Notes: generated from the letters alone by a model not told the origin. Positions 26,072-42,800 are shown, numbered from the stretch's first letter. The stretch: DNA of 64,000 nt from Oikopleura dioica (GCA_907165135.1 OU015566.1:13082001-13146000), one strand, 5' to 3'. Made by a program: numbers and translations.

Positions 26072-26222
26072 CAGGGTTGAAAATTTCGCGGACTTTTTTG
26101 GGTTCAAATCGCTCAACATCGCTTCAAAATCGCTCATCGCTCCGCTCGCTCCGGAGAAATTTTTTTGAAATCGCTCATCGCTCCGCTCGCTCCGCGATTT
26201 TTTCCCGAAATTTTCAACCCTG
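26072..26222. mobile_element. 151-bp MITE, hAT-like
   Basis: Perfect 17-bp TIR CAGGGTTGAAAATTTCG; 8-bp TSD TATCAAAG at 26064-26071 and 26223-26230; internal duplicated CGCTCATCGCTCCGCTCGCTCCG. Confidence 0.88.
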
Positions 26223-26275
26223 TATCAAAGAGGGCCATGCTCCCCGGCAGAGTTACAAAGTTGGTCTTTTTTTGT

Positions 26276-26595
26276 TCAGCTGAGCTGAGCTGAGCTGATT
26301 ATGATTGAAATTTTACTTAGCTGAACTGAGCTGAGCTGAGTAAAACTTTCGCTTATTGAGCTGAGCTCAACTAAGCACACGCAATTTTGAGCTGAGCTGA
26401 GCTGAGTGAGTTGTGCTGAGCAGGTTTTTACTGTAGTGAAAATAGCAAATAGTGTGAGCTGAGCTGAGCTGAATTTGTCCTTTCAGAAAATTATTTAATT
26501 GAACTGAGCCGAGCAGGCCATTTGAGAAATCATTGAGCTGAGCAGTGCAGATTCTCTTCTGAAAATTGCTGAGCGGAGCTGAGCAACCTCAGCTC
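26276..26595. repeat. Interrupted (GAGCT)n pentanucleotide clusters
   Basis: Many ctgagctgagctga runs separated by AT-rich spacers. Confidence 0.8.
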
Positions 26596-27682
26596 AATCA
26601 ATTTGCAACACTGTTCCCGGGTGAGCACAAAAGTACACGTTATGGGACGACCTTAGATAGGCTGAATCTAATTAGGTGTTTAAGTACTTATCCTGAAGAT
26701 AACCCTTGCCAAAAATCCGCAACGTTTTTAAAGATAACGGGCTCTTCTTGAACAACGTTCGTGCGGATTAAATTCAAACACGTGTTGCTTTACGTTAAAT
26801 TTTTTTCTTATCGATGGTAACATTGATCATATTCCTACTCAATCATACTTCTCTCGATAAGCCCAATTAATTAGCTTTTTCCTTGACTTATTTCAATAAC
26901 TACCGTACTTCGATAAAACAGATAAATACAAATGACTTTTTGTTATGGTACTCATTTGATCAATTTTATTCAATATTGTTTTCTGTTTCCAGCAACTTAT
27001 TGACAATAAGCAGTGAGCGCCCTGTCTTAGGAACCACCACTGAGTTCTAAATTTACAATAACAACAGAAAAACCGAGTGATTCCACGATGAGCAAGTTAT
27101 GATTAAGTTTTAAATCCGGACTCCGGAGCCGCCCAAAAACATAGAAATTTCCAGATACCGCCGATATTTTTCTATTTATCCCGAAAATTCGTATTTTTTG
27201 ATTTCACAAGTTCAATTTTTGTACAAAAATGCCTTGATTACTAAAAACTAGACGCCGGTTTTCAAGTCATAATTTAATTCATAGAAATAAAAGCGTAATA
27301 AAACCGTCATTGAGAATCGAAAGATTAATTCGTGCGCAAAAGTCTATCCGCAACGCGCAAAATCGTAAAAATAACAATGACGTGAGTACATTTTTTTGAC
27401 GTTTGAATTCTTTCAAGTCGTTTCTGGCACGGTTTTTGGCCTGATTAGATTGGCGTCAAAAATTGAAAAGAAAACGCACCCCAAGAGCTTCAAAAACAAC
27501 GACTTCAAAAAGTCACTTTTCGGAGAAAAAGAAGCACCACGCTTTTTGGACAGCTTCTGCTAATGCGTGTCCTTGAAAGTGGTCCATTTTAAATGTCAAT
27601 ACTTTCAACTGACATTTTAACCAAACCCCTGCTAGAATCTACAAGATCAAATCAAAATCAAAGAATGGATGCTCAAGTTAGC

Positions 27683-27837
27683 CTAGGGTGGGCAAAAGCT
27701 GGGGTAGGGGTCCTGGGGAGATTTTCTCGCTTGTGATTGGCTAGTGCAAGAAATGCAAAAAACTGGCCTCTGATTGGCTTAGAGGATCCCCATCCACCCC
27801 CCCCCCCTTTGCCTGGGGAGAATATTGGCCACCCTAG
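27683..27837. mobile_element. 155-bp MITE, hAT-like
   Basis: Ends CTAGGGTGG...CCACCCTAG; flanks AAGTTAGC / AAGTCAGC form an 8-bp TSD with one mismatch; two internal TGATTGGCT motifs. Confidence 0.75.
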
Positions 27838-27924
27838 AAGTCAGCAATCAATTCTTTCTTCTTTTATAAGATTATAATAAAAATTTATTATGCGAACAAA
27901 TCGAAATTGGAAAATTCGCAGAAA

Positions 27925-28709
<785 letters not shown>

Positions 28710-28823
28710 TTTCAAAACTGACGACTTTTTGAAATTTCATCGGCTTTTCCAAAACAGTTCTAGAAAATCTTTTTTTTTTTGAAAACAAAGAAGACCAATT
28801 TGTCAATTTTCGATTGTTTATTT

Positions 28824-30763
28824 TCAGATGTAATTAGGAATTGTGGTCATAAATGGGAGAGTCTCATTGTTTTCAACTTCGATGAATGTACTCGTCAACT
28901 CCATAGTTGTCAGATCGACGATTCGAAACACATTTTGGAGATAGTGCCCTCCTAGTGTGTGCACTTCGCTGAGAACAAGATTGCCAGAGATCATGTAGCT
29001 CTGTCGAAAATACAAAAGATTGTGTCCGAAAATCGGATATGGTACCAGTCTGTCAAGCTCGATCCAGTGTCCCTTGGTGTTCAATTGAGAAAGCAGTTTT
29101 CCTGAACAATATTTACCTGGTAGAGACGATTGATTGTGACAAACTGTTGCTCGTAGAAATAGTTGATGCCAACTGTAATGAATATCAAGCCCTTGAATAT
29201 CAATACCGTAGCGATATTAATTCCTATTTTCTCTACTTACAGTCTTATCAGGTATTGCGTCAAGGTACATTTTATAGAGCTTGAAACCGCCAGGAGGACG
29301 AGGAGCCGCATACTTTTCAGATCGCCAAGGTGAAACGGAAGGGTTTTTTCCAGGCTCTAGTGAGTCGACTCGAATGTTTTTATCGCGAAAGTAGAATATT
29401 GTCTACAAAAATATACGAAGAAGTTTTTTGTGGCGTAAAGCGTACGAAATGATTATCGACGGGTAATTTCAATGCTCTGTCATTTTCTTCCACCCAAATG
29501 TCCGACTTGATCGATGGAGGAGGAGGCTTCGAATAACGAAAGTTTCTTATCAAGCCACTTTCGATAAAGAAACAACGATCCTTTTTTGAAGCGATTTACA
29601 AAAAAAACATTAATTAAAACTTACTTCATCAAGTCGAGTTCCGCAAAATATTATTCTGCTTTTTTCCGTTGAATCGATCGTACCAACGCCAAAAATGAAA
29701 TTCAATCCATAGGGTGGAAAATCAGGAGTTTTGCCGAAACTATGCTTCAAAGAAAGACTCTTCTCATCAACCAAATAAAGAAATGAAAGGCCAATCCTTT
29801 CCGTTTCAATTGGTTTGCTTATCCCAGTCTGTGTTATGAAATAATTGTTGTTAAATCTATCATATGCGTGGTAAATGAAGACATAGCTTTTGCCTTCCAT
29901 GAAAATCGTCGAATACACAGCTGTGAAATCGAACTCGAAATTCGCAAGAACATTTCCAACCAATCTTTTATCGCGGACTTCAAGCTGGAGAAACAAGTTT
30001 GACCTGTTTGTAAGAACATGGTAAATAGAGTCGTAAGCATAATTCTCGACTACAACATTAGTTTTTAAAGGATATTGAGTCTTCGAGCAGATGAAATTTT
30101 TGCACGGGCAGCCATTTTGGCAATTTTTTCGAGCGGGCAATCCTGAAATTGAACGATGAACGACTTGCGATCTGAACGTACCTGAGTCGTGAGCATTTTT
30201 GTCGACTCCATACAGATAGAATCGCATTCCTTATCAAAAGTTTCATCCCTTTGCTTGCATAAAGCCTCACACATCTTCTTGTCACGTGTCACATAGAACT
30301 TGCACATGTTTTTATTGGCAATATTTTCAGCCATTGTGTAATTTTGCTCAATTTTTCTGCCAAACTTGACTGTATTTATAGCAGCTGGGAAAATAAACCT
30401 TCTGTAGCTGTCACTTTCGACATCCCCACAATTGTAAAGGGCTCTTGCGCAGGAAGAAAACTCGAATTTCGTGATGCAAGTCTTGAATTTCAAAACGCAA
30501 GCAGAACCGAAACCTGGTCTGAACCTGTTTTTCTGTAGGCTGATATAATTCGTGAGAAGCATGATTGATATCCAGAAGATACTTCCAAGGACAACGTAGA
30601 CTAGTTTTTGTTTGTCAGTTGCGTTTCCATGCTTCTTGAGTTTCAGTTTCTTTTCGGTATTTCGAAGACTATATCTTCTCTCTCTTTCTGGAAGACTGTA
30701 TCTTCTCTCTTCGTCAAGAAGTTTCTTTGGTATCAGCAGCCTCTTATCTTTCCCAGTAATCAA
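28824..30763 (-). CDS. Orphan type II membrane protein with a Cys-rich stalk and a beta-rich C-terminal region; apparent frameshift at 30124-30129
   Basis: Consecutive minus-strand ORFs (30065-30763 with a TM segment and Cys cluster; 29610-30227; 28824-29084). Adding one base in the A6 run gives DCPLEKNCQNGCPCKNFIC. Confidence 0.5.
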
Positions 30764-31162
30764 GTAGATCTTACCCTCTGCTTTGCAATTAGCACATTCA
30801 ACCTACAATGTAAATGTCCGAAAAAAAAGTTGAAACTCAAAAAATACCGTGCATTTCGTATTCGGCGTCATGTTTGACTGATCCCCCCAAGTGCGGCTTC
30901 TTCAGATTTAGAATGGCAAAGCGACAGATTTGAAATGTCGACCTTTCAAGTTCACGTAGGTTCTTGAACCCAGAGTAACGGATGGAAAAGAGAGAGAGAG
31001 CCCGACTCAGACTGTAATGGATCTGTTCAAAGGTCAGCGCAACAAATGAACACGTCTAGACTAGCGTTTCGCTTATCACCTGATCCGTGGTCATGCTCGT
31101 TGTCGAAGCTCCTATGTATAAAATGTCAGATTTTTTGAGATGACAAAAAAGTACCAGTAGAA

Positions 31163-31524
31163 ATGCAAATCGACGATCTTCCCATAGAGCTCCAAGCAAA
31201 AATTATCGAATTCACCGTCAAAGAGGACCAAAAAGAGCTTCAAAAAATTGCTCAGACAAGTTCGCAATGGAAAACGCTGACGGAGGAGATTTGCTTTTGG
31301 CAACCCATTTTTGGTAATTTCTCATTTGACAGTCTCAGTCTCATTATTTTTAAGAGAAAACGATCCGAGAATCTTCAATTATTCAAGAATATGTAGGAGA
31401 AAAAGTCATTCAAAGTTGGCGAGACAAGTCCCGTCGATTTTCAAGCCCAAAACGCTCCGCTTATCTTCAGACGCTCAAAAAAGAAGTGAAAATTCTTGAA
31501 CACTTTTTTGTACAGAAGTTTTAA
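31163..31524 (+). CDS. Small F-box protein (two exons)
   Basis: IDDLPIELQAKIIEF...IAQTSSQWKTL..EICFWQ matches the F-box pattern. A GT-AG intron (~31313-31353) gives an open second exon ending VQKF*. Confidence 0.7.
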
Positions 31525-31731
31525 TACAGTTAATATTTGACTTTGTTGTAAGGATACCTCAGGTAAAATGATGCTTTCTTCCTTGATTTCAACGAATTCT
31601 TTGGACAATAATCTTGAAAAATAGTAAAAAATCCGAAATTATGAAAAAAAAAAATTCCATCATCTCTAGAACATCCCTCCTTAGGAGGGTTGTTTTGCAT
31701 CAGATCGTCAGTTTGCAAGTAACGAGAAGCC

Positions 31732-33555
31732 ATGTCGCAGCCGCCAAATGTCTGGGGAACCACGCCGGAGATCATCGACGATCTCGCCGCCTTCATCCAA
31801 CTCCGTCGACGAGCTAACGATGCTCATGCGATGAAACAGGCCGAGCAGATGAAGAAACTTGACGGTAAAATTTTTGAAAAATGATCGAAAACCTCCCGAA
31901 AACGATTTTTTCAGAGGAAATCATTGCGATGAGACAGCATGTTCGAGCTGATCGACGCGAGGTCGCCAAGAGCATTTTCAACGATGAACAAGTCATCACT
32001 CATGCGCTGGCTGACGAGAAGCAGCTTCAGCTCGCATGCAAAGGCCTTGACGTCCGCACCGCCGCGATCAAGCTCAACGAAGATGTCTTCGTCAGACACA
32101 AGTGGCTCAACTACCTCAGACACCAGCGGGTAAGTTATCTTTTTTATCCCCTTTTCTCATTTACATGGTCTTCAGATGGCTCGAGAGCGCCGATTAGAGG
32201 CTGCTAAGACCCAACATCATGTGACATCACTTCACGAACATTCCACTTTCCAACGCGCCGACGACAAAAGTCTCCGTCTCCTGATGACGAAGCTTGACAA
32301 GATGATCATGAAGCGCAACACCGCTTCATTCATCCAGGGCACTTACAGAGAAGCCCTGGATAAACTGAATAAGGACTCTTTGACCTTGTCCAAGGATTTG
32401 GACTACATCGAGCGAGCAGTCACGCTCAGCAAGTTTGAAGCTCTCGATCTTCGGGAGATCTACCAAGCTGCTAAACAGGTACTGAAATGCGCGAAAGAAA
32501 ATCAACTAAAAATCTATTCTAGGGACAAGAAATCGCCCGGGCAAAACGACTTGAGCTCGAGCAAAATGTCTTCCTGGCCAAGCAGCAGCGCGACAAGTTG
32601 ATCTCTGAGACTCGCCAACAAGCGAAACAGGCCGCCGAGATGCCCGAGTTTGCCGCAGTGCGAACTCCTGTTGATTTGGGTCAGACTGGAAAAGAAAGAA
32701 CGACCAAGACTTTCGCAGACAAGCCATCTCATCAGTTGGACAAGCTCAGCCCTGTCATCAAGGTAATCGAACGAATGTTCTTTCCTTACTTATCTTTTTC
32801 AGATCATCACTACTGTAACAAATACTGCGCTCGCTGACGAGATCCCCAAGGCTTTCAATCGCCAGGTGAAGAATCGAGAGTCGCTTGAAACTCAGTCCAC
32901 TGAAGTCACTGAGAAGCTCAACGAAGAGAAGCGACTCTTTAAGGCTGCCCAGGCTGACTTGGAATTCGCCCAGTTTAATCAGAAGGAGACGGCGCGAATT
33001 CTTCAGGCTGAGATTGAAGCTGCGGAAGAAGAAATTAATAATGACTCGCAGCGACTTCAGACACGACGATCTAGTGATACTAGACAGGTAAAGGACCAAC
33101 CTTTTATTTTACTAAATGATTTAATCATTTCAAGGTCGAGTACGTAGTGAGCATCAACGACGCTCTGGACGGCATGCTCGCAAAGATCACAGGCGCTGGC
33201 CTCGCCGAAGTCGAGGACGCAACCAAGCTCACCATGACTGAAAGGCTCGACATCATCAAAAAGGCAGCAGAGGCGCTCAAACAAATAGAGCGCGAAGAGG
33301 AAGCTGAAATCGAAGCAGAGCTCCGCATGGACGCTCTTTTCAAGAAAGGTAATCACAGGACTCTCATCTTCCAAACTAATTAAACTTTAAGTCGGTGATT
33401 CGGGAGCACAGCGAATCAAAATTATCGAAGACGACGGAGTCAACTTCTCTGACAACTTCATTATTGACGACAACATCAACGAGCAGTACATCACTCGCGA
33501 TGAGATCAAAAAACCTCTCAACAATGGAAAGAGCAAAGTCGTAAAGAAAAAGTAA
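31732..33555 (+). CDS. Outer dynein arm docking complex coiled-coil protein (ODAD3/CCDC151- or CCDC183-like)
   Basis: Spliced coiled-coil ORF including LRLLMTKLDKMIMKRNTASFIQGTYREALDKL..DSLTLSKDLDYIE, and a C-terminus RIKI..acidic..ITRDEIKK..KKK* typical of the family. Confidence 0.72.
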
Positions 33556-33990
33556 AGTAAACTGAATCGATTCTAGCACCTGTTTCCTCCTTATTCTATT
33601 AATAAAACAACCATCTTGTCAAGAAGACAAAGACGATTCTTTCTGCTAATCTTTGGGTGAGCAAAAAGAAAGAGTTTTTTTTGTGAGTTTTATTTGAACG
33701 AGTGAAACAGCAATGTGGAACAAGAAGAAATTTTTTTTATAAATATTTTGTCTTTTTCCTTGAATTTTTTTTGTAAAAAGAACTATCACCATTTTTTGAT
33801 TGAGCGAAATTTCTTATGAATTAAAGCGAGGTTCCGTGAATTCGGAACAGGAATCAGAATAGTGTGAAATATATAGAATGTGAGTTAGTAACTGTTTTGT
33901 GTTAGTAAATGACACCAGAACGGCGCTAGAATAGAAAATTTTTTTCTGAATCTATTCGTGAGAAAGAGCGATTGAGTATTTCGTGAAAAG

Positions 33991-34969
33991 CTAAGTTGGA
34001 ATAACTACATTTGCACGGCAAGTCGGGCATGAGGCATTTTGCCGCAGCCAAGGGTCAATACAGTCAGCGTGAAAGTAATGCTTGCAGGGAAGAGTTCGTA
34101 CTACGTAAGACATGACAAAGTCGTCCATGCAAATCGTGCACTCGTCGTCCTGCTTTGTGTACTCGTGCCGTTTTAGGGTTTTGATTTGGTCATCTGTTAG
34201 GCCGCGATTTCGCGATGATCGACCTTCTTCGCGATGCCCTCGATTTCGTCGATCTTGCGTTTCTTGTCTGAAAAAGGAACCGCTGAAATCAAGGAAGAGA
34301 ACCAGATTTTCGAACTCACCGCATTCTCCTCTCTCTTCTTCTTTCTCTCTCTTCTCGATTGGCTCTATCAATCGTACGGGATATCTCATTCAATCGATTG
34401 TCTAAATATCACATCATCATCAAATCAAGAAAAAAGGCTGTTTTACATAAAGATCTCGCTGACCGAGTTTGTCCATCGCGTCGGTCTGCAGCCCTTTGCT
34501 CTTGCCGATTTTGGTTTCGGGACGATGAAGAAGACGACGATGTAGTGCGGGTTCTAGAGTTGTGACTGTTTCCATAAGGAAAGTTGTTGAAACTGAGAGG
34601 GCATTTTGTTCGATATAACCGATTATGCGGAACTTACTCAAACATAGATTCGATTCTAGCGTTTATGTTCTGCTCCATGCCACTGAAGATCTGGTCTAGT
34701 GATGACTCGATCTGGCCGAAGTTCATCTGACGAGAATTGCCACTTGAGCTTGAAGAGGAAGTTCTTCTTCGTGACGATGAAGAGTGATGACCATGGGTTT
34801 GATGATGACGAGAACTGGATGGGTCTTGACGTGGATGATTTTGAGGATAATTGCGTGAACGTGAAGTCGAAGTCTGGCTGTGCAAATGTGGCACTCCGTT
34901 GATCCTCACTGAGCTTTGATAAGTGTTGTTGATGTCGTTCATGAATCGGTTAAACGCGTCCCCGAACAT
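33991..34969 (-). CDS. RING-H2 E3 ubiquitin ligase with a low-complexity Ser/Arg/His N-terminus
   Basis: GLTDDQIKTL...ECTICMDDF....VRTLPCKHYFHADCIDPWLRQNASCPTCR. Confidence 0.88.
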
Positions 34970-35552
34970 CTCCCACTGTTAAGCTGACTTTCTTTCTAAA
35001 AAAACTTTCTTTGGATCAACTTTTATAAAAAAAACTTTGATATATATTAAGATAGACTTTGAACCGACAGCTTCTGGGTTTTGTTATTGCTTTGAATAGA
35101 AAATTGCACGGACGAACTGAACGAATAACCAGTAGTAAAAGAATTGAGAGAGGAAAACATAAAATTGAGTAAATATTCAATTTTTACACCGACGAAAAAG
35201 AAAATTATTTGGAACTTTGATACTTAGAAGGAAAACAAAATGTGCTTGAACATAGGTAAAATTATCATAATTAATGTTGGATTAAATAAGAAGACGACTT
35301 TGAACTTTGTTTTTTTTTTCTTTAGGCAACAGCGCATATTTTTTAAAAATATATATTCGGATAGAGTAAGGGCAGTTGACATAATATTATAAATAATCTT
35401 TTTGTGAGTAAAAATGCCGTGTTTTGGGTTTTTTGTGAACAGAAATGAATGAATATATGTGGAGAAAAACAAAAGGATAGACTGATAGTGATTCTTACAG
35501 CAATCAAGCAGGAGCTCTTGCTTTTTTGAGGTAGGGAGAAGTAGGTAAACTT

Positions 35553-38269
<2,717 letters not shown>

Positions 38270-38634
38270 CTTGCTTCTCTACAATTCACCGTTCAGTCTT
38301 TTTTTAACGAAGAGGGAAAGAACAAGGTTACTAGGTAAGGTGGTAAAAGGAGGGAAGAGAGAGTGCGTGTGATCGATAAATGCTGATTAGCTTTAGTCTG
38401 ACCCTTTTTTGATAACACACACGAGACGGGTCAATTTTGAAATCAATAGTATTCGAAGCTCAAGCCAAATTTTATGGACTGCTAAACAGACAGACCAAAG
38501 TTGATATGAAAAAGTTTTATGGTCGGAAATAATGAATCTTGAATCATTCAGGCTTCACGAATCGTGATTCAGAAATATGACTTATTCTATACGATTACGA
38601 GCATAAAATTCGAACAAAGTTTGCTCGGGATTGC

Positions 38635-38781
38635 GCACTTTCGACTAGAAAAAGCTGGTCAAAAGGGCCGAAATTCTAGTGTTTCTTATGATAAATCGCA
38701 AAGAAGATGTCTTATTCACCAGTTATCAAGCTAAAACTAGAATTCGGGCTCTTTTGACCTCCTTTTTCGAACCGAAAGTGC
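38635..38781. repeat. Imperfect ~60-bp inverted repeat (degenerate MITE or foldback remnant)
   Basis: gcactttcg..aaaaag..ggtcaaaag.gcc.aattctagt..ttgataa pairs with its reverse complement across a ~30-nt loop. Confidence 0.7.
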
Positions 38782-39162
38782 TCATTTACGGCTCGAAACT
38801 GCATCTTTTTCGAGAAGAAAACTTGTAAAAAGGATGTCAGGCAGGATTGAGAATAATAACAAGCAGATAAATGAGTAAAATAAATGAAAATATGTGATAA
38901 ATGAAGATAAGTGTTTCAAAAGAAAATCACCAAAGAATGAAGCTCCCAAGCATCTTTAGTATTCTGAATAACTCCAGTTGTGCATTGCTTGACAAACTGG
39001 CCAAAACTCGCGCCCCCTTTTTTGACATTTTGGCCAATTCTCGACATCCGGCCAGGCTCGGCCATCGGAGGAGAATCTCCTTCGAACTGAACCCTTTTTT
39101 CTCTTCCGATCTTTTTTAGCTTCTGGGCCGCGCGGAAGGGATTTCTCGCGCAGGCGCTCTCT

Positions 39163-39175
39163 GATTGGCCCAATC
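39163..39175. promoter_or_regulatory. Inverted double CCAAT box in the divergent PACSIN/PIN1 intergenic region
   Basis: GATTGG-C-CCAATC palindrome in a GC-rich patch. Confidence 0.45.
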
Positions 39176-39809
39176 GAAATGGAGTGTAGAGGAATTTCCC
39201 TTTTTTCAAGAGAAACAACTGAAGAATGAAAAACGCGGAAAATTGATTTTCGAAGATGGAGATTCTAGAAACAAAGAAAACGAAAAAATGAAGAAAATCA
39301 TTATTATTGATTCATAATTATGAAATGTCACGAATTCCAAGCACGAATTGTAAATCCTGTTAATTGTAAATGACTGTTAATTCTTACTATTTTTATTATG
39401 AAATGAAAAACTGTATAAAAACAAAGTTTACCATAACATTGACCTTTACTGTCTTTTACTGAAAACAGCTGATTTATGATTATTACGAAAAATTCTATTT
39501 TTAAAGAATGAAACAAAAGTTTTCTTTCTTCGTTCAATATCAAGATTAGAAATATAAATTTATAAAAATGAATTATAAAATGGATCCGAATTATGTATTG
39601 TATGTTTCATCCACACATCGTAGCACTCTAAAACTGCAAAATTGTCTTACTATTATTATTGTTATTAAATTGATTTGATTGTTTCTTCAATAAAAAATCA
39701 AATATGCAGACTTATTAATAGCTATTTACATGGTTGATATTCTCTTTTCTGCTTGAAGCATTAGCATAAGTATTGCCCGGATTCTCCAGTTCAGAGGTGC
39801 CATATTAGA

Positions 39810-42800
39810 ATGGAAGGAGCAGGAGACGACATCCCCGACGGATGGACAAAGAAAGTTTCTCGATCGAGCGGGCAGGCTTATTACGTAAACCGATTTACGA
39901 ACGAAAGCCAGTGGGAAAGGCCGACCAAGCCTGCCAAGAAGCCGTCTAGTGAGAAAGTACAGGTAAAAACGTCAAAAAACTCAATTTTTTAAAATGAGAA
40001 AATGAAAGAGGGTTAAAATTGTGCAATTCCATCACGACTGTAAACAATCCTGTTTCAAAATATTATCTTATGTTTACAAGAAAAATTAAGAAACATAAAA
40101 TTCATAAATTCAGGCGAGTCATTTACTTGTAAAACATCGCGATTCGAGACGGCCAGCCTCATGGAGAAACGAAAACATCACTATTTCGAAGGAAGAGGCT
40201 TTGGGTAAGAACTAGCGTCCTTTTTCTGGGTCTATACGCGGTCAAAAAGGAGCTGGGCGAGTAAGGGATCAGAAAAAAACTGAGCGTGGTTCTCGTATTT
40301 CATTTTGTACCGTGTTTTTGAGCGGTTCGAGGCTTATAAAAAGATTTGGGAGTAAATTGGGAATACCAGGAATCAGTACTCTTCTAGTAGAAGACTTCTA
40401 CTAAAGGGTAGTAGGGATTTCCTTTTCGGCAGAAATGCCGAAAACTTCGATGGTTTTTTCTGATTTCCTTTTCGGCAGCTTTCCGAAAAGTATTTCCAAT
40501 TTCAAGCCTTTTTTCAGGAATACTTTTCGGCAGAGTGCCGAAAAGGAAAACACAATTTAAAGAAAGCTTTTCGGCTAAATGCCGAAATGAAAATCATAAT
40601 TTAATGAATTCTTTTCGGCAAAGTGCCGAAATGGAAATCATTATTTGGGGAAAACTTTTCGGCAAGCTTTTTCATTCAAGTTTACATGAAAAGCTCTACT
40701 TTTAGGTAGAAAATTATCAAATCTAATCATCCCCTACCTGGGGGCTCCGCCCCCTAGGTCCTAAAATGCCGGGGTCTAGTCTAGGGTTACTTAGGGTTAC
40801 CTGCGGTAACCCTAACTAACCCTAGCCTATCCCCCTCGGGTAAGGTTGTTCTGTCATTTTGCCCAGTGCTCCTAACCCTAACCTTTATTTTAGAATTAAG
40901 CATTAAATTTAGCATTATGCTTATTTATTCTTTCCTGCAAAATTTAAAAGTTTCCTTAAAAAATTAATGCATCACTCTTAATTTCTAGAAGCATATACTG
41001 TCTTCTTCTTTCTAGACTTTTGAATTCTTTCTTTAAAATGTGCCGAAAAGCTTTTCCGAAAAACGAATGAAATCAAGTAAATGCTTTCGGCAGATCTGCC
41101 GAAAAGCTTTCCCTCTAACAGGAAACAATTCTGATTTCTATTTCGGCGAAGTGCCGAAAAGCTTTTCTAATAAATAGGTTAAACATGGTAATACTTTTCG
41201 GCAGTGTGCCGAAAAGTAAATCAGAATTATGCCTTCAAAATGATTTTCTTTTCGGCTGCATTTGCCGAAAAGGAAATCCTTACTACGTACTAAAGTTAAG
41301 AGTGTGACGCCCTTATTTGTTTTTGCGTAAAACTATCTGATTCTCTGAAGAAATTATATTTTGTGATCAATGTGTCTTCTTTTTCTATTGAATTTACAAA
41401 ACAGAAACTGCTGTTATCTACATGACAAGAATCGTTAGAAGAAGATATGTTGTAGTTAAAACAATTATCAAGTAATTTTCTTCTTCTCCCAAGGTACAAA
41501 ATAATTCAACATAATTGTAATATTATTATCATGTATATTATTCAAACAGCAGTCGCTTTTTGACTTCAAATGGACTGCCCCTTTGAGTTTTTCGCGATTG
41601 TTTTGCCATTTTAGAGGGTCTATTCTGTTTCACTTTTTTCTACAGAGAGCATTCTAAAGCCCCCGGAAAGGGGCTCCCTGTTGTTGTTAGAAAAGAGCAG
41701 CGTTTCCTCTTGCCAAGAAATAAAATTGCCAAGTTGTTTAGTTGTAGGTCAAGGATCTAAAAACAAATTTTCAGTAGTGGGCAAAAACCTGACAGAAGAT
41801 AATTTTCTTACTGTGTGTTGCTTTAGTTCTTTTGCGCTACAAGTTGTAGCGTAAAGCTTCTTTTCCAAGCTAAAAGTAAACACAAAAACTTAAACTTTAA
41901 GTTTCAAATCCACAAGACGAAGTTGCAGACTAACAATAAACCAAGTTTGGGTTTAGGTCCTTTCGGTCATCAGCCTAGTTGTTTTTAGTCTGTTATTTTT
42001 CTGCTTATGGTCGTAGAAGTTGTCTTCGGGGATCGGCAATCTGTGTGGAAGCCTTCAGTTAACCACTACTGTATTAAAAGCTTGAAGAAAACCGACCCTA
42101 CTTGCTGATGAGCTTGATAATGCTCACCGCAAACTTTGGTCATGTTGGCAGTGAATTTCGCACTTTTTCTGTCTTAATTTTTCTTCGCTGCGGCAAAGAT
42201 TCTTGCGTGTCCAAATTAGATTCTGATTAGCCGCAAAAAAGACGAGCTGGTCGTTTTCACACTTGCTCAGCCAGGATCTGACCTGGGCTTGAATTAATCG
42301 AATCGACACCTGCAAGTTCTTCAATTTTTCAACTTTTTTACTTTTTGGAAAGATCAACTTGATGAACTCTAGTGAAAAAATTATAGCTTGAGTTCAAAGG
42401 CTAAAAAATGGCCTCCTTTTACTCTTGAAGATTACTCGGGACGAGAATGTTAAACATAGGGTCTGTTGACTTGTCTGAAAAAAAAGTGAAGCGAGCTATA
42501 ATTTTCTGAACCGAAGTAGGTCGTTTTGCAATCAATCATCCTAGGAAGCACTATTTTCCTGCCTACTTCGTTAAAAGTCTTTGCTAAAGTTTACTATCTG
42601 ACCTTTTCAGCAACATCAAGATCTCAGCAAGTTAGTAATTTCCTTTATTTTTGTAAAAGAATAACTTTTAAGAGGCAATTTGTAATTTTTGTAATATCCT
42701 ATTGTTAACATGCACGGCCAAATTCCGCGGCGTAAGTTGATAGTGACGGAGCGTGCTCAGTGAGTGATCAAACACTACTGGTGTTGCTAGTACTTGCACC

